From assembly GCA_054600435.1 (NCBI GenBank), contig BAAIJX010000034.1, forward strand, positions 1-64,000: DNA of 64,000 nucleotides. Direction: 5' to 3'. This DNA comes from Neophaeotheca triangularis. Taxonomy: Eukaryota. A program made the position numbers and the translations under genes. Numbering within the stretch: position 1 is the first letter of the stretch; each line of letters begins with the position of its first letter. Positions 1 to 11,091 of this stretch are shown here, piece after piece. The notes beneath the pieces were generated by a model that saw only the letters and a list, made by a program, of their open reading frames with translations, ran no database searches and was not told where the DNA came from.

Positions 1-168
1 AACCCTAACCCTAACCCTAACCCTAACCCTAACCCTAACCCTAACCCTAACCCTAACCCTAACCCTAACCCTAACCCTAACCCTAACCCTAACCCTAACC
101 CTAACCCTAACCCTAACCCTAGCCTAACCCTAACCCTAACCCTAACCCTAACCCTAAACCCTAAACCC
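1..168. repeat. Telomere, (CCCTAA)n = (TTAGGG)n on the minus strand
   Basis: Uninterrupted CCCTAA array from base 1, with variant units (AGCCT near 121, AAACCCT) at the proximal end. Confidence 0.99.
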
Positions 169-890
169 TCTCTAATAAACTTCTAGAGCTCTATAATTAT
201 TAAGAATATCTACTCTATTAGGGATAGTAGTATAGAGTTATCTTCCTTAAAGGAAGAAGATTTATCTCCTTCTTTACCTAAGATGTCTTCGTTATAAATG
301 CTTTAGTTCTAGGATCCTAAGAAATTTACCTCCTACTATAATTTAGTAAGACTATCTTCGTTTAGACTCGCTACCTCTTCTATTTACTATTTGTTTAGAC
401 TAGCTACTACTTCTATTTACTATTTGTTTAATAGCTCCTCTAGTATGTCGAGACAAAAGTTAGAGTAGTCGAAGAGGTCTATTACTTCGCTAATATCGAA
501 GTCTAAGAGATAGTTAGATAATAAGGCTATAGTAGTAAGATAGATTCATTTAGAAAGGGCTAGTAGTATTAATAGGAGTAGTAGTATACGTTAAGGACAA
601 ATAGTAAGAGAGGTGAAGATTACGCCTAGTAGTAGCGATAGTAGTAATAATAACATAGTATAAATGTATTAATAGTATGTTGAAAACGGTTTGTTCGCTA
701 ATAGTAACCACTAAACACTAGTAACACTACTAGTGTTAACTAGCTACTCTCCCTAAGATTTTAGCTACTCTCCCTATTAGGTCCGTATACACTACACTAC
801 TACTACGCACTCTACCTATTTCCTAAGATGTTTTAGTGTTCACCTTTATTAGTGTGAGTGACCTAAGCGACCCGCCTAATAAATATGACG
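169..890. mobile_element. RIP-degraded subtelomeric repeat/transposon relic
   Basis: AT-rich, TpA-rich and CpA/TpG-depleted. Contains a 33-bp tandem duplication (360-425) and a stop-riddled coding-like frame on the minus strand. Family not identifiable. Confidence 0.65.
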
Positions 891-2660
891 CCAGATTGTC
901 TTTCCCTTCGTCAACAACAAACTCGCCACATCCCTCCTCAGCGCCTCATGTTCCTTGACACCATTAACAGTAGCTTTCGCATCCAATGCCTCACACAAGT
1001 CTAGCACCTCACCACCTTCCGGTGAACAATACACGAGATACCCAAGCGCCGTGAGCTCTGTCTTGCTCGCATCAGCACTCTCTTCACCGGACAGCGTCTC
1101 AAGCAGACTGGCAGCCAGCTCGACTTGCCCGCCTTCTGTGATGCCTTCTCTGCTTTCCTCTCGTCTGACGCGGTAGTTCGACGAAGCGAGGTTGAAAGCC
1201 AGACTCGCCGCAGCTACTCTTGTTGTCGGATGTGAATGATCGAGCAGCGAGGTCGTAATCAGCTGTACTAAGAGATTGGTGAGTATGTTGCCTTGCTTCA
1301 ATAGCTCTGTGGTATAGAGCTGTGACAGGAAGAGATTGCACGCTAGGTGTAAAGTCACCAGTCGTAGATTGTGGGGGCATTCTTCCAGGCTGTTCACGTG
1401 CTCGATCAGTTTTGGAATGACCTGTTCGCCTTGTTGCTCCGCGAAGAAGCCGCTTGCCCTCGGATCTACTAGTGCGCACCGCAGCAAATCGACAGCCGCG
1501 AAACGCACTTCCAAGTTGAGTACGAGGACTTGGGTTGTATAGACATTGCTGACAGCTTGGAGGTCTGGCAGAGGCGCTTCTCTTGGGTCTTCGGCTCGTT
1601 TGGCAATGAATGTACGCAAGGCGACAATCTCAGGTTTGCTGCCTGCTTCGCCCAGTCTAGCTGTGAGTTTGTCCAGCGGTGGTACCTTGGTGTACGAGAT
1701 TGGTCGGAGTGATCCGAACTGGAGTGTCGCCACTTTTGAGCGGGTGTGCGGATGTGGGGGAAATGTCGTCTGCATGAGCTGTTCCACGTTTGTTCTAAGG
1801 AGCCTCGGGTCAGCTCCTTGCCATTCGTCCTGTTTACTGCCTCGCGCAAACGTCATGAATGTGGGCGTTGCCCGAATTTGATAAAATGCGGCGATGTCCC
1901 GCGCACTGTTGATATCAACTTTGACAAAAAGCGCGTTTGGATATTGTTCTGCGAGCTGGTCAAACGTCGGATACGCCATTTTGCAAGGCGCGCACGTCGA
2001 AGACGTGAAGAAGATCGTAGCCGCGGTGGTTGATGCGGTAGCCAATTTGTCTCGAAGAGTGTTCACGTCGTGTACATCAAGTACCCGTCCGTACTCCCCT
2101 AATGGTGCCGTGGCAGTTGGCTGAGCTTCCTTTACAACCTGGCTGGGCCTGGGTCCTCCGTTCGCGATAGAACTTGATGGCTTCGAGGGGACGTTTTGTG
2201 GGGGAACGGGGGACTGCGTGACACCTCTCATACCGGCTTCGATCTGAGGTTTCAGCATCTGACCAAAAGGCGTCTCCAACACCCTCTTAGGCAAACTTGT
2301 GATGTGGGCTGGGATGCCTTTGCCAACGAGGAACATGCCGAAATCGTTTGTGAAATTGTTGCAGTTGTGGGCGAATAAGTCGTAGCTTTCCGGCGTGTAG
2401 ACGGTTTTCAGGCTTTCCAGATACTCAAAGATTGTCTCAAGTGGTAGGTCTGTGGTTCCCATGGACACAATTTCCATCGGTCGGCCATGATGGGTGCTTC
2501 CTGCATAGCAAGTCTGTACTCCAGCGCCAAAAAAGTACTCGATACCCTCAAAGACTAGTGAGGTGTGGTAAACGGCGTCGATGTGAATTCCCAGCAGCTG
2601 TTGCGACATAGATCTGGCCATGCCGTGGGTAAGATCGTAGACATAGAGTTGAACCTCCAT
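876..2660 (-). CDS. PPPDE (DeSI-type) peptidase + thioredoxin-like + PUL domain protein
   Basis: N-terminal VQLYVYDL..YHTSLVF..EYFFG and YDLFAHNCNNF (His/Cys dyad); central CAPC thioredoxin-like domain; helical PUL-like C-terminus. Confidence 0.93.
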   Translation of the reverse strand: MEVQLYVYDLTHGMARSMSQQLLGIHIDAVYHTSLVFEGIEYFFGAGVQTCYAGSTHHGRPMEIVSMGTTDLPLETIFEYLESLKTVYTPESYDLFAHNCNNFTNDFGMFLVGKGIPAHITSLPKRVLETPFGQMLKPQIEAGMRGVTQSPVPPQNVPSKPSSSIANGGPRPSQVVKEAQPTATAPLGEYGRVLDVHDVNTLRDKLATASTTAATIFFTSSTCAPCKMAYPTFDQLAEQYPNALFVKVDINSARDIAAFYQIRATPTFMTFARGSKQDEWQGADPRLLRTNVEQLMQTTFPPHPHTRSKVATLQFGSLRPISYTKVPPLDKLTARLGEAGSKPEIVALRTFIAKRAEDPREAPLPDLQAVSNVYTTQVLVLNLEVRFAAVDLLRCALVDPRASGFFAEQQGEQVIPKLIEHVNSLEECPHNLRLVTLHLACNLFLSQLYTTELLKQGNILTNLLVQLITTSLLDHSHPTTRVAAASLAFNLASSNYRVRREESREGITEGGQVELAASLLETLSGEESADASKTELTALGYLVYCSPEGGEVLDLCEALDAKATVNGVKEHEALRRDVASLLLTKGKTIWRHIY

Positions 2661-3083
2661 CTTGTCGTGCTCGAGTACGTGGCGAAACCAAGGGAGTCAG
2701 AAACCTGATGGAATTGTTTGCCTTGTTAGCCTCGGGGATAGATGTGATGAGATTCGGAGCAGTAATTTTGAGTGTCAAACGATGCATACGCTGATCTATC
2801 TATAATAAGTAGAGTCGGCGAAGTAACTGGGGGTAGTATCTTCTGGAATAACAAGGTAAGGTGCTAGGCAGCGAAGAGTGACGACTTGTGTTTGGCGACA
2901 AGTCACCGTCGCTGTCGGCGCCACCACCAGATCGATATCTCCGAGCTCCGCAGAGCCTCATACAAAGCAAGCACGCTGACATAAGCTTTACAGCAACAAC
3001 CTCGACATCCATACATCGCTCACTATGGCGCCTTGTACGCTCTAATAAAACCATCAAGGTCGTCACGAAGTAAGAGGCGCTCA

Positions 3084-3776
3084 ATGATACGCATGAGCCG
3101 GGTACGGCTTCAGGGTCTCGCACGAGCTTTCCGTGCGCCAGGCAGGTACTCGTCTCGCCGTGCCTCCACCAGACCAACCCCAGAGCCGCCGGCAACACCA
3201 CCCCCTCATCAGACGCGCTTCCACCGCCTCCGCCGCTTCTGGGACCACCCTGACATCCGCTACATTCGCTTAATCTTCTTTCGCTTCAGCGGTCTCTATT
3301 TCTTCGCCCACGTCTTCATCACCCACTTCTTCTCTCTCCAAGGCACCGAGGGCGTGTCTATGCTGCCCACTCTCAACAGCTTTGGCGACTGGTTACTGAT
3401 CTCCAAATACTACCGACACGGCCGCGAAGTTCGTATCGGAGATGTCGTGTCCTTCCGGAGCCCTGTCAACGTTGGTATCGATAGTTGTAAGAGGGTAGTT
3501 GGCCTGCCAGGGGATTTCGTGGTCAGGGATACGCCTGGCAATGGCGTGGGGTGGATGTATCAGGTCCCTGATGGGCATTGTGTTGTTGTCGGGGATAATT
3601 TGACGTTTTCGAGGGACTCGAGGATGTGGGGTCCGTTGCCTATGGCGTTGATAAAGGGCAAGGCTATCGCTAAGGTGGTGGCTTATGATGAAGACGGCTT
3701 CATAGGGCGGTGGGTGCCTTGGTTCCGTCCGCTGGACGGTGGCTTGCAGGATGCGCCGGACGACGAGCTTGATTGA
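3084..3776 (+). CDS. IMP1: Mitochondrial inner membrane protease subunit 1 (S26 peptidase)
   Basis: G.SMLPTL (Ser), KRVVGLPGD (Lys) and GDN..SRDSR.WGPLP motifs; Arg-rich N-terminus. ATG at 3084 or 3093. Confidence 0.88.
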   Translation: MIRMSRVRLQGLARAFRAPGRYSSRRASTRPTPEPPATPPPHQTRFHRLRRFWDHPDIRYIRLIFFRFSGLYFFAHVFITHFFSLQGTEGVSMLPTLNSFGDWLLISKYYRHGREVRIGDVVSFRSPVNVGIDSCKRVVGLPGDFVVRDTPGNGVGWMYQVPDGHCVVVGDNLTFSRDSRMWGPLPMALIKGKAIAKVVAYDEDGFIGRWVPWFRPLDGGLQDAPDDELD

Positions 3777-4120
3777 ACAGGTATGGACACGATACAAAAG
3801 AAGAGAGGCGAGGCTCCCAAAGGCTTGCAAAGACCTTCGCTACGGGATACATCCCAAACCAACGGTGATACGTAGGGGCGTCACAGGCATGAGGCCAGTT
3901 TGTGGGTGAGTCTGGTACTCATGCCTTCGCAGTAATACGAATCATCGAGTATTACGCTCACGTGAGTATAGAATATGTATTGTCTTGATACCAGCGTCGT
4001 GATGCTAACAAAATACAGATCAGCGCCTTCCAATCTTAGCGCTCAGTATCTGTCGCACTCTCTTTGCTCGCAAGACTTCAACAAACTATCGGTTCACGGC
4101 TGAGTGCTTGAGTTCGAGGA

Positions 4121-4840
4121 CAGACTTGTCACCAATCAATCCATTTCAATTCAATTTCAATTCACGAGGTGAATTGACTTGATCTTGGCATCAATTCAAT
4201 GTCAATTCGACCATACCATAAGACCCACCAATTTCAATTCAAGGTCTGGATTGACTTGCAAGGCTTGCAAGGCTTGATAGATATTATCTGTTAACCAAAC
4301 TCTGACCCTAGAGCTTATCTAAGCTTATCCTAAGCTTCCTATCGGTTATAAGATAAGCCGGGGATCTACCGCACTAACCTCCTACGGCTTTCGTTTCACC
4401 TCCGCGTCGGTACTATATATATGCATATTACTACCTTATTACCTCCGCGACCTCCGAGCTACTATACGCACCTCCGAGCTACTATGCGTACCTGTTAGCA
4501 CCTCCGCAACCTACTACTACCTCTACTAAATAGGTGCCCCTCCTATAGAGACTACCTCCTATGCTTAGATCTATAATTAAGTAGGTAGTTATGATGGTAT
4601 AGGGGGTAGAAGGTAGCTGAAGTTAGTAAGCTTATGGTATAAGAATCTAAGAGTAGTATGCTTGGCAAAACCTCCTTCCTAATGCGGTAAGTATAGTACT
4701 ATCAAGCCTTGCAAGTCAATTTCAATTCACCTACTGCCTTGGTGGGTCAAGTCAATTTCAATTCACCCCCCTCCGTCTTGGCACCAATTCAATGTCAATT
4801 CACCTACCAAATTGACTTGAATTGATTGGTGACAAGTCTG
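4121..4840. mobile_element. Non-autonomous hAT-type DNA transposon (MITE-like), 720 bp
   Basis: Perfect 20-bp TIRs CAGACTTGTCACCAATCAAT (4121-4140 / 4821-4840); 8-bp TSD TTCGAGGA (4113-4120, 4841-4848); subterminal TCAATTCA repeats; no transposase ORF. Confidence 0.93.
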
Positions 4841-5713
4841 TTCGAGGATCGCTCCCGGGAGCAGGGAATGGGCTGCAAAGTTAGCTGTAGACCCCTTCGC
4901 AGTGCTCCTTGTCAATTCCTACCTGCTGCTACAATCATGATCGCAGAGTGCCAACCGGCTTTCGTATTGCGCATGAGTTCTGCGGCCGAATGAACCGCCG
5001 TTCGATTAAAGTTCGGTTTCGTAGAAGAAAGCGCTGCCATGATATCCTTGGAGTGACTGGGTAGTAATCGCTCTTCCAATGCAGACTTATAATTCTCACG
5101 ACTTCCGCTAAGTGTCGAGCTCCATTGCAGAATTGAGAGTGTAGTGAAGGTCGGTTATGTGCCATTGACACTCTCAACGTCGTCTCATCTTTGGCATAAT
5201 CTCGACTCACAAACACCTCTTCTCGAATAACACACAATATACCCCTGCCTTTTGCATCCGAAATCGTACACTGTTGCAAGAACGGTACAAGAACGACAAT
5301 GTCTCCAGCCCAAAGCCTGACTTCAGCCGAAGGTGAGTACTAGTTACCAACACCTCTACCTCACCTCCAACTCCATACTGACTCGACACAAAGTCTCTGA
5401 ATCCAGGCACGACACCCCAGCCACTTCCAACCAGTCCAAGTTTGGGCGACCCGACAGCACTAGCCCTCGGTGACGGTGAGCTCTTGACCTCAGTACCCAA
5501 CTACTCCTCCAGCACCGATTCATGTTCGGAGCGGACCCCTTTAGGCAATCTAACGACAATTCAATCGCCATACTTTCGAGAAAGAGCTTTACGCGCTTGT
5601 TTGAAGTCGAGGCGTCGCTTTAAAAACGTCCAAGACTACGAGCGCATGCGCTCTTGAGCGATTTCTCGTTCAAAGGATGTGAAGTGTTCACACGGCCTAC
5701 GAAGTCTCACACT

Positions 5714-6060
5714 ATGGACGAGTCGCCTTTGGGGAAGCTGCCGCTGGAGATTCGGAACTGGATTCACGAGCTAGCTCTGCACTGTAACAGTAGAATCACT
5801 ATTCATCAGGAAGGCTAGCCCTTCAAGCCCACTCAAAGTACCGAACGGGGTCTTTCCTGTGCATGGCCATACGGCGGAACAAAGGGTCTCGCATTGTCGC
5901 AGACTTGCCGAAAGATGCGCACGCTTACGTTGAGCTATTCATTGAACGTGCGGTCAAGAGGTCCCTCGAGGCCTTGGCCACTAATTTGGGAAGACCTGCC
6001 GGGGGTACAGAATTGATACGCAACTCAATCTTGCGGGCCTCGTGCGCGCCTTATACATGA
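5714..6060 (+). pseudogene. Degenerate F-box-like fungal hypothetical protein
   Basis: MDESPLGKLPLEIRNWIHELAL, then in-frame TAG at 5816-5818, after which the same frame continues ...GLALSQTCRKMR. 3' limit uncertain. Confidence 0.55.
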
Positions 6061-6450
6061 TTTTCGATCTCGATTGCAAGGATCTGATGGCTTGACGAGC
6101 ATTTCGACGACGCTCGCGACCAGGAACTCACACATGATGAAGGGTACCGTTGAGAAGCACGTGGGCGCCGCGGCAACAAGCAGCCGATGATCCAGAGATT
6201 GGCACCTTTTCGGCAAGTTCGAGGCTGTACGGGATGTATAGGCTCTGGCGCGATTGATATTCGCACCAGTGATCCCTGAGGCAGAGAAACAGCAAAGGAT
6301 GGATCACGGTCGTCTTTGCTGGAAGGGGTGTTTGCCATGCAGAGCTTTCCTGCAGCCGATCGCCATGTAGCCAACACGTTGATGCCGAGACTGCACCTAG
6401 TCGATACATTCTATCTTGTAATCTAGCTGTATACGCTACTTAATCACCTC

Positions 6451-8112
6451 TCAAGCATCTCCACTTCCATTGACCCGTCCCCGCCGCTCCGCCAAAACCT
6501 CCTCCGCCGTCTCGACCAACACCTCAAACACCCGTCTAATATACTTCTCCTCAGCCAGCGGATTTGCCGAAACAACCCTGATCCCGTAAACCCCTCCAAT
6601 AACACTCGAAGTCAAGAAAAATTCCTTCCGCTCGTCAATCAACTCATAAACCCTCTTAGTAACCTCATTCGCAGTCGCCAACTCCTGATCCCCCAGCCCC
6701 GGCTCCGTCTCAACAGCAACTTGCCCATCCCAATCCGGTCTCGGATCCTTCCCACCGACCTCAGCACTCTCATCTTTCCACTCAAAACCGCTCGCACTCC
6801 CCGCGCCACCAGGTCGTACAAAAACCACACCAAGCGCAAACCCAGGCTTCGCCAAAAACCCAAACAAGTCACTCCGACCCCTCACCAAATCGACAAAAAC
6901 GTCGCCCAACCGCAAATGCCTCTGCACATGCTCCCGCATCCCCTTTGTCCCATACGTCCGCATCACAAACCAGATCTTCAAACTCCGAAACCTCCTGCCC
7001 AGCGGAATCTGCCAGTCGCGATAATCCGTCACTAAACCCGAGTCCGTGTACGCGTTCTGCAAGTAGGAGGGTGAGATTGACAGGGCCGAAGTGAGGTCCC
7101 TTCGGTTCTGGATGTACAGGCAGCTGGCGTCGAAGTTCACGAGCAGCCACTTGTGCAGGTTGAGGTTGAAGCTGTCGAAGGCGCGCATTTGGGCGCTGAG
7201 GTGGTGGTTTTCTGGCAGGATTAGCGCGGCCCCTGCGTATGCGGCGTCCACGTGGATCCAGATGTCGGGGAATTCTTGCGAGATGGCTGTGATGGAGGGC
7301 AAGTCGTCGATGGCGCAGGTCGCGGTTGTGCCCAGGGAGATGGTTAGGTAGTAGGGGTGGAGACCGCGGGAGCGAAGCTCGAGGATTTTGGCGCGCAGGG
7401 CGGGGCCGGTTAGGGAGAAGTTTGTGCGCTGCGTGCAGGGGATGCTGCGGTGGCGGGTGCCGGCTATGATGGCGGCTTTGGCGGTGCTGGAGTGGGTTTG
7501 GTCGGAGCTGAGGGCGACGAGTTTGGAGCGCAGCTCGCAGGCGGCGTCTTCGCGGTCTTCGTCGGTGGCAAAGGTTTGCGAGGAGAGGTGGCGCCGGATA
7601 TAGCGTTCGCGGGCGGCGACCATGCAAGTTACGATTGCTTCGCTCGCGGAGCCTTGGATGACCCCGCCGCCGGTGGTTCGGGAGGTGAAGGTTTCCGGCA
7701 GCGCAAGGGTCTGGGCTAGCCAATCGAGGACAATGGTTTCGAGTTCTGTGACGGCTGGGGAGCAGATCCAATTGAAGGCTGGGGCGGTCAAGGCGGCGGA
7801 CCAGATCTCGCCGAGAATTCCTGGGTAGGTGGAGGAGGCTGGGTAGAAGGCCATGAAGTTGGGAGATTGCCAATGGGTGATACCGGGCATGATCTTGGCC
7901 TCCATGTCGGCTTCGATGGCGTCCCAGGATTCGCCTGCTTCGGGGGGTGAGGCGGGAAGGAGTTTCTGTAGGTAGCCGGGGGCAATCGATGGGACGACTT
8001 GACGGGACGATAGGTTCGCATAGTAGTTTTCCACGTCTGAAATTACTCCGTTGGCGGCTTCTTTGAATTGCTCGCCCGTCATGCCGAGAGGCGGTATTGA
8101 TTGGCCGTCCAT
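6451..8112 (-). CDS. Aromatic-L-amino-acid decarboxylase (group II PLP decarboxylase)
   Basis: IMPGITHWQSPNFMAFYP, HVDAAYAG, SFNLNLHKWLLVNFD (PLP Lys), DYRDWQIPLGRRFRSLKIWFV. ATG at 8112 or 8082. Confidence 0.95.
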   Translation of the reverse strand: MDGQSIPPLGMTGEQFKEAANGVISDVENYYANLSSRQVVPSIAPGYLQKLLPASPPEAGESWDAIEADMEAKIMPGITHWQSPNFMAFYPASSTYPGILGEIWSAALTAPAFNWICSPAVTELETIVLDWLAQTLALPETFTSRTTGGGVIQGSASEAIVTCMVAARERYIRRHLSSQTFATDEDREDAACELRSKLVALSSDQTHSSTAKAAIIAGTRHRSIPCTQRTNFSLTGPALRAKILELRSRGLHPYYLTISLGTTATCAIDDLPSITAISQEFPDIWIHVDAAYAGAALILPENHHLSAQMRAFDSFNLNLHKWLLVNFDASCLYIQNRRDLTSALSISPSYLQNAYTDSGLVTDYRDWQIPLGRRFRSLKIWFVMRTYGTKGMREHVQRHLRLGDVFVDLVRGRSDLFGFLAKPGFALGVVFVRPGGAGSASGFEWKDESAEVGGKDPRPDWDGQVAVETEPGLGDQELATANEVTKRVYELIDERKEFFLTSSVIGGVYGIRVVSANPLAEEKYIRRVFEVLVETAEEVLAERRGRVNGSGDA

Positions 8113-8817
8113 GTCGTGAATGATGTGCTCTTTGACCAACTTTAGATGATTAAAAAAGTTGTACTTGGAGATGAAGGTGAAGAGACCGAGGGAAGAAGAA
8201 GGGAGAAAGGCCTACCTGATGTACAAAAGGCAACGCTGGTTCTTTGTACTGCACGGCCAACGCCTTGATCGCTCTCGCAACCCAAAAGGGCGCATGTAGT
8301 CGATGAGAAGTGGGTCTTGCTTTCCAAAAGAGGAAGGCAGCGGAGCCTTTTCCGCCATCACCATGCTTTGGCAGCTGCCTCGGTCTGCGGACGACATGGC
8401 CCGATTCCGCCTCCGGAACAGACTCCAAGTCTGAATATAATACAACCAGAACCACATGAGGGAGTTAGATAATACCTTGGTACCACCTTACTCAACTAAG
8501 GTTGTCTAGCCCGGAGACCGCTCGTTGCACCTTCGTCAACTTCATATCGCAGCGATATAGAACAGCTCGCTCTTGAGGCATCCGCATGGATTCGCCGCCG
8601 ATAATGAGGCCAACAGCCACCTCATTGTGGCTATACATGCCCCGGGTCAGCTGCAGCCTTACAGGTACCATTTGGTTTGCAGCCTCATAGCAGACGAGCT
8701 CAATCTGATGCACGTCTTCAAACGCTCTAGCACTACTGATTGATCTCATAGCCGTGCAACGACACGCTGTACGCCTCACGCCATCCCAGCAACCCATCTC
8801 AGAAACCAGCGAGCATT

Positions 8818-10601
8818 ATGGTCCTTCACAGTACCATGGAAAACCTCGTTGAGAGCCGAGTGCCTGCAATAGCAGAAAGACCACGATTTCTTCGTTCGAA
8901 ACGCGATCAGATACTCTCAAACCCTATAGAGTTCCGAAACACGGGTACCATCGGAGGGAAGTACGCCTTTGAGCTTCCCGTTTCCTCGCCACGACAGATA
9001 AGTCCAGATGAAGACCTTTGCACGGGGTGAGAACACGCCTTTTGCGGGATGATATGGCCTAGAGAGATCAGCAGGTATGGGCAAGGCTACCAAATTGGGG
9101 GATTGGATCGAATGGTCGCCGCCAAGACCTGCACCTTTTGCCGCTTTCTCGTTGACTTGATCCGAAGCAGTGTACCCGAGGCGATTGAAAAATCCAAGAC
9201 AATCGAGGACGGTGCTCGAGAGCGGCTGTACTGCTCTATTGTCAAGCGGAGGGGAGACAGTGCGACGCATTAATCGTGGTCCTGCAGCGTGAATGTTCAT
9301 ACGTCGAATGTGCTCACGGGCACGTCCGAGAGAGTCAACACTAACATGGGTTTCAAGCTGAATGTGGCAGCTTTCAGAGCTGCCACGGTCTTGCGTGACG
9401 CCGACAGTCGATACGTCGCCTTACTTGACCTCGCATGTGACATTCCAAGCATATGGCGCGCTGAGCTTCTTCAGCTCGCTCTTGACCGATGCTTGGACCA
9501 CCATGGAGTTGAGTGCAACGCACCAGCATCAGAACCATTGACCCACCACTTAGTCACCAATATGCGTTGCCACCCGCAGCGACGTTCCGCGTTATCGATG
9601 CGTTACGTATGTACATCACAACACTGCCGGCCAACGAGTCATACTTCGCACTGAGCTACCGCTGGCCTAGCGAGATGTACGACACCTTGACTCTGGCTTT
9701 GAAGAGGGACTCCGAGATTCCAGGAGGCCTCAAGCGAGCAAGATTGGCACCGACTGCCGCCGACGCCATTACTGCTACCACGGGCATTGGCTGGCGATAC
9801 ATCTGGGTTGACAGCGAGGAGTATCAAACGTGCTGAGCGTGGAGCTTAACGCCAATTTTCTCCGCGGCCTCCCCGTGTCGCACCTCGTGGGTCGTTCCCT
9901 CGCTTGGATTCCCATGGGTACAAGTCAGCGACGCTCGGCGCTGCGAGGCGGCTGTCCTGTGCCCTTGTGGTCGTGAGCCGCATGGCACGGCAAGGTGGGG
10001 CATATCATCGACAAGCCTGGCTACTCGGAAGACACCACATTGCTGTTCGCCGAGGTGGTGGAGTGGCAGGTCTTGCTACCAGGGAAGCAGTGGCAAGGCC
10101 TTCAACCCGCAGAACCGGGGCTAGACATCATGGACGTAGAAGTCTGTCACTTGTCATTTCGCACCGAGGTATCTGCGGACGTTGCGCCATCTAGTGTCGA
10201 ATACTGGGGGAACAGCGTGTACGCTCTCTAGACGATACGGGGCTGGAACTTGCTTTCCACCGGCCAGCAGGTCGGCTTAGTGGTTACCCACTACACGCGG
10301 GGAAGTCAAACAGAGCCCACGGACCTAAGAATTCATATCCCTTTCCCGCATCGAAGAATGCCGGCTCTTCAGCTCCGATGTCGAAGCATTTGCCGTTCAC
10401 GAAGACGCCGTGCCCAGTGATTGGCCGGCAGGTAAGATGATCCCCGACTGCAACTTCTTCGCCGCAACAAAGGGAGTCTTCGTCAACGTGTTGGCGGTGT
10501 ACTGGAAAGACGGCATAGCGTACCGCGCTGGCGTTGGACAAGTGCGTGCCGATGCCTGCGACGCTTCGGGGCCCCTTAATAAGCAGATTGTTTTGGGATG
10601 A
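8818..10601 (+). pseudogene. Fragmented HET-domain (heterokaryon incompatibility) gene
   Basis: FRVIDA...YFALSYRWP...PTAADAI...GWRYIWVDS in ORF 9513-9836; family-typical C-terminus NVLAVYWKDGIAYRAGVGQV...IVLG* at 10410-10601; spread over several frames with stops. Confidence 0.72.
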
Positions 10602-11091
10602 AAGTGCCAGCGTCTGGGCGAGACTTGGTGTCGTTGGTCTGGTCGGTTATAAGCATCTGGGGATGGAGATTGGCTACTCGGTGCGAGAAACCTGGACTGG
10701 TAAATGTTGTGTTGTCGGAACGTGCTGTTCCGAGAGAACGTGGTAGAAGTAGGTCGCCTAAGTTAGAGTTTGTAGACCTACTTCTTGCCTGCCAACAGCG
10801 GCATCGCGGCTTTTTGATCATGTAAGGCGGAGTATGATGAGAATGGGGTTGGGTTTTTGAGGTTGCAGTATGCAGCGATTATTAGCAAGCGGTTGCTAGG
10901 GCTACGAAGCTGCTCTGAAAAACAGGCTGCGTACTCGATGAGGGCTTTTTCCCCTCTTTTTGACACATCACTCGTTACATATGTAAACGGAACCTGAACT
11001 GTAGCAGGGACACCGTCAGCGTCTCGACGAGTTGAGCACTTCGACTCAAAACCCACCATTCTCACACCACAGTATAGTCCATAAACCCCCT

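Noticed and set aside
4121..4280. CRISPR-like ATTTCAATTC repeats
   Set aside because: Eukaryotic context, irregular spacing, and explained as transposon subterminal repeats.
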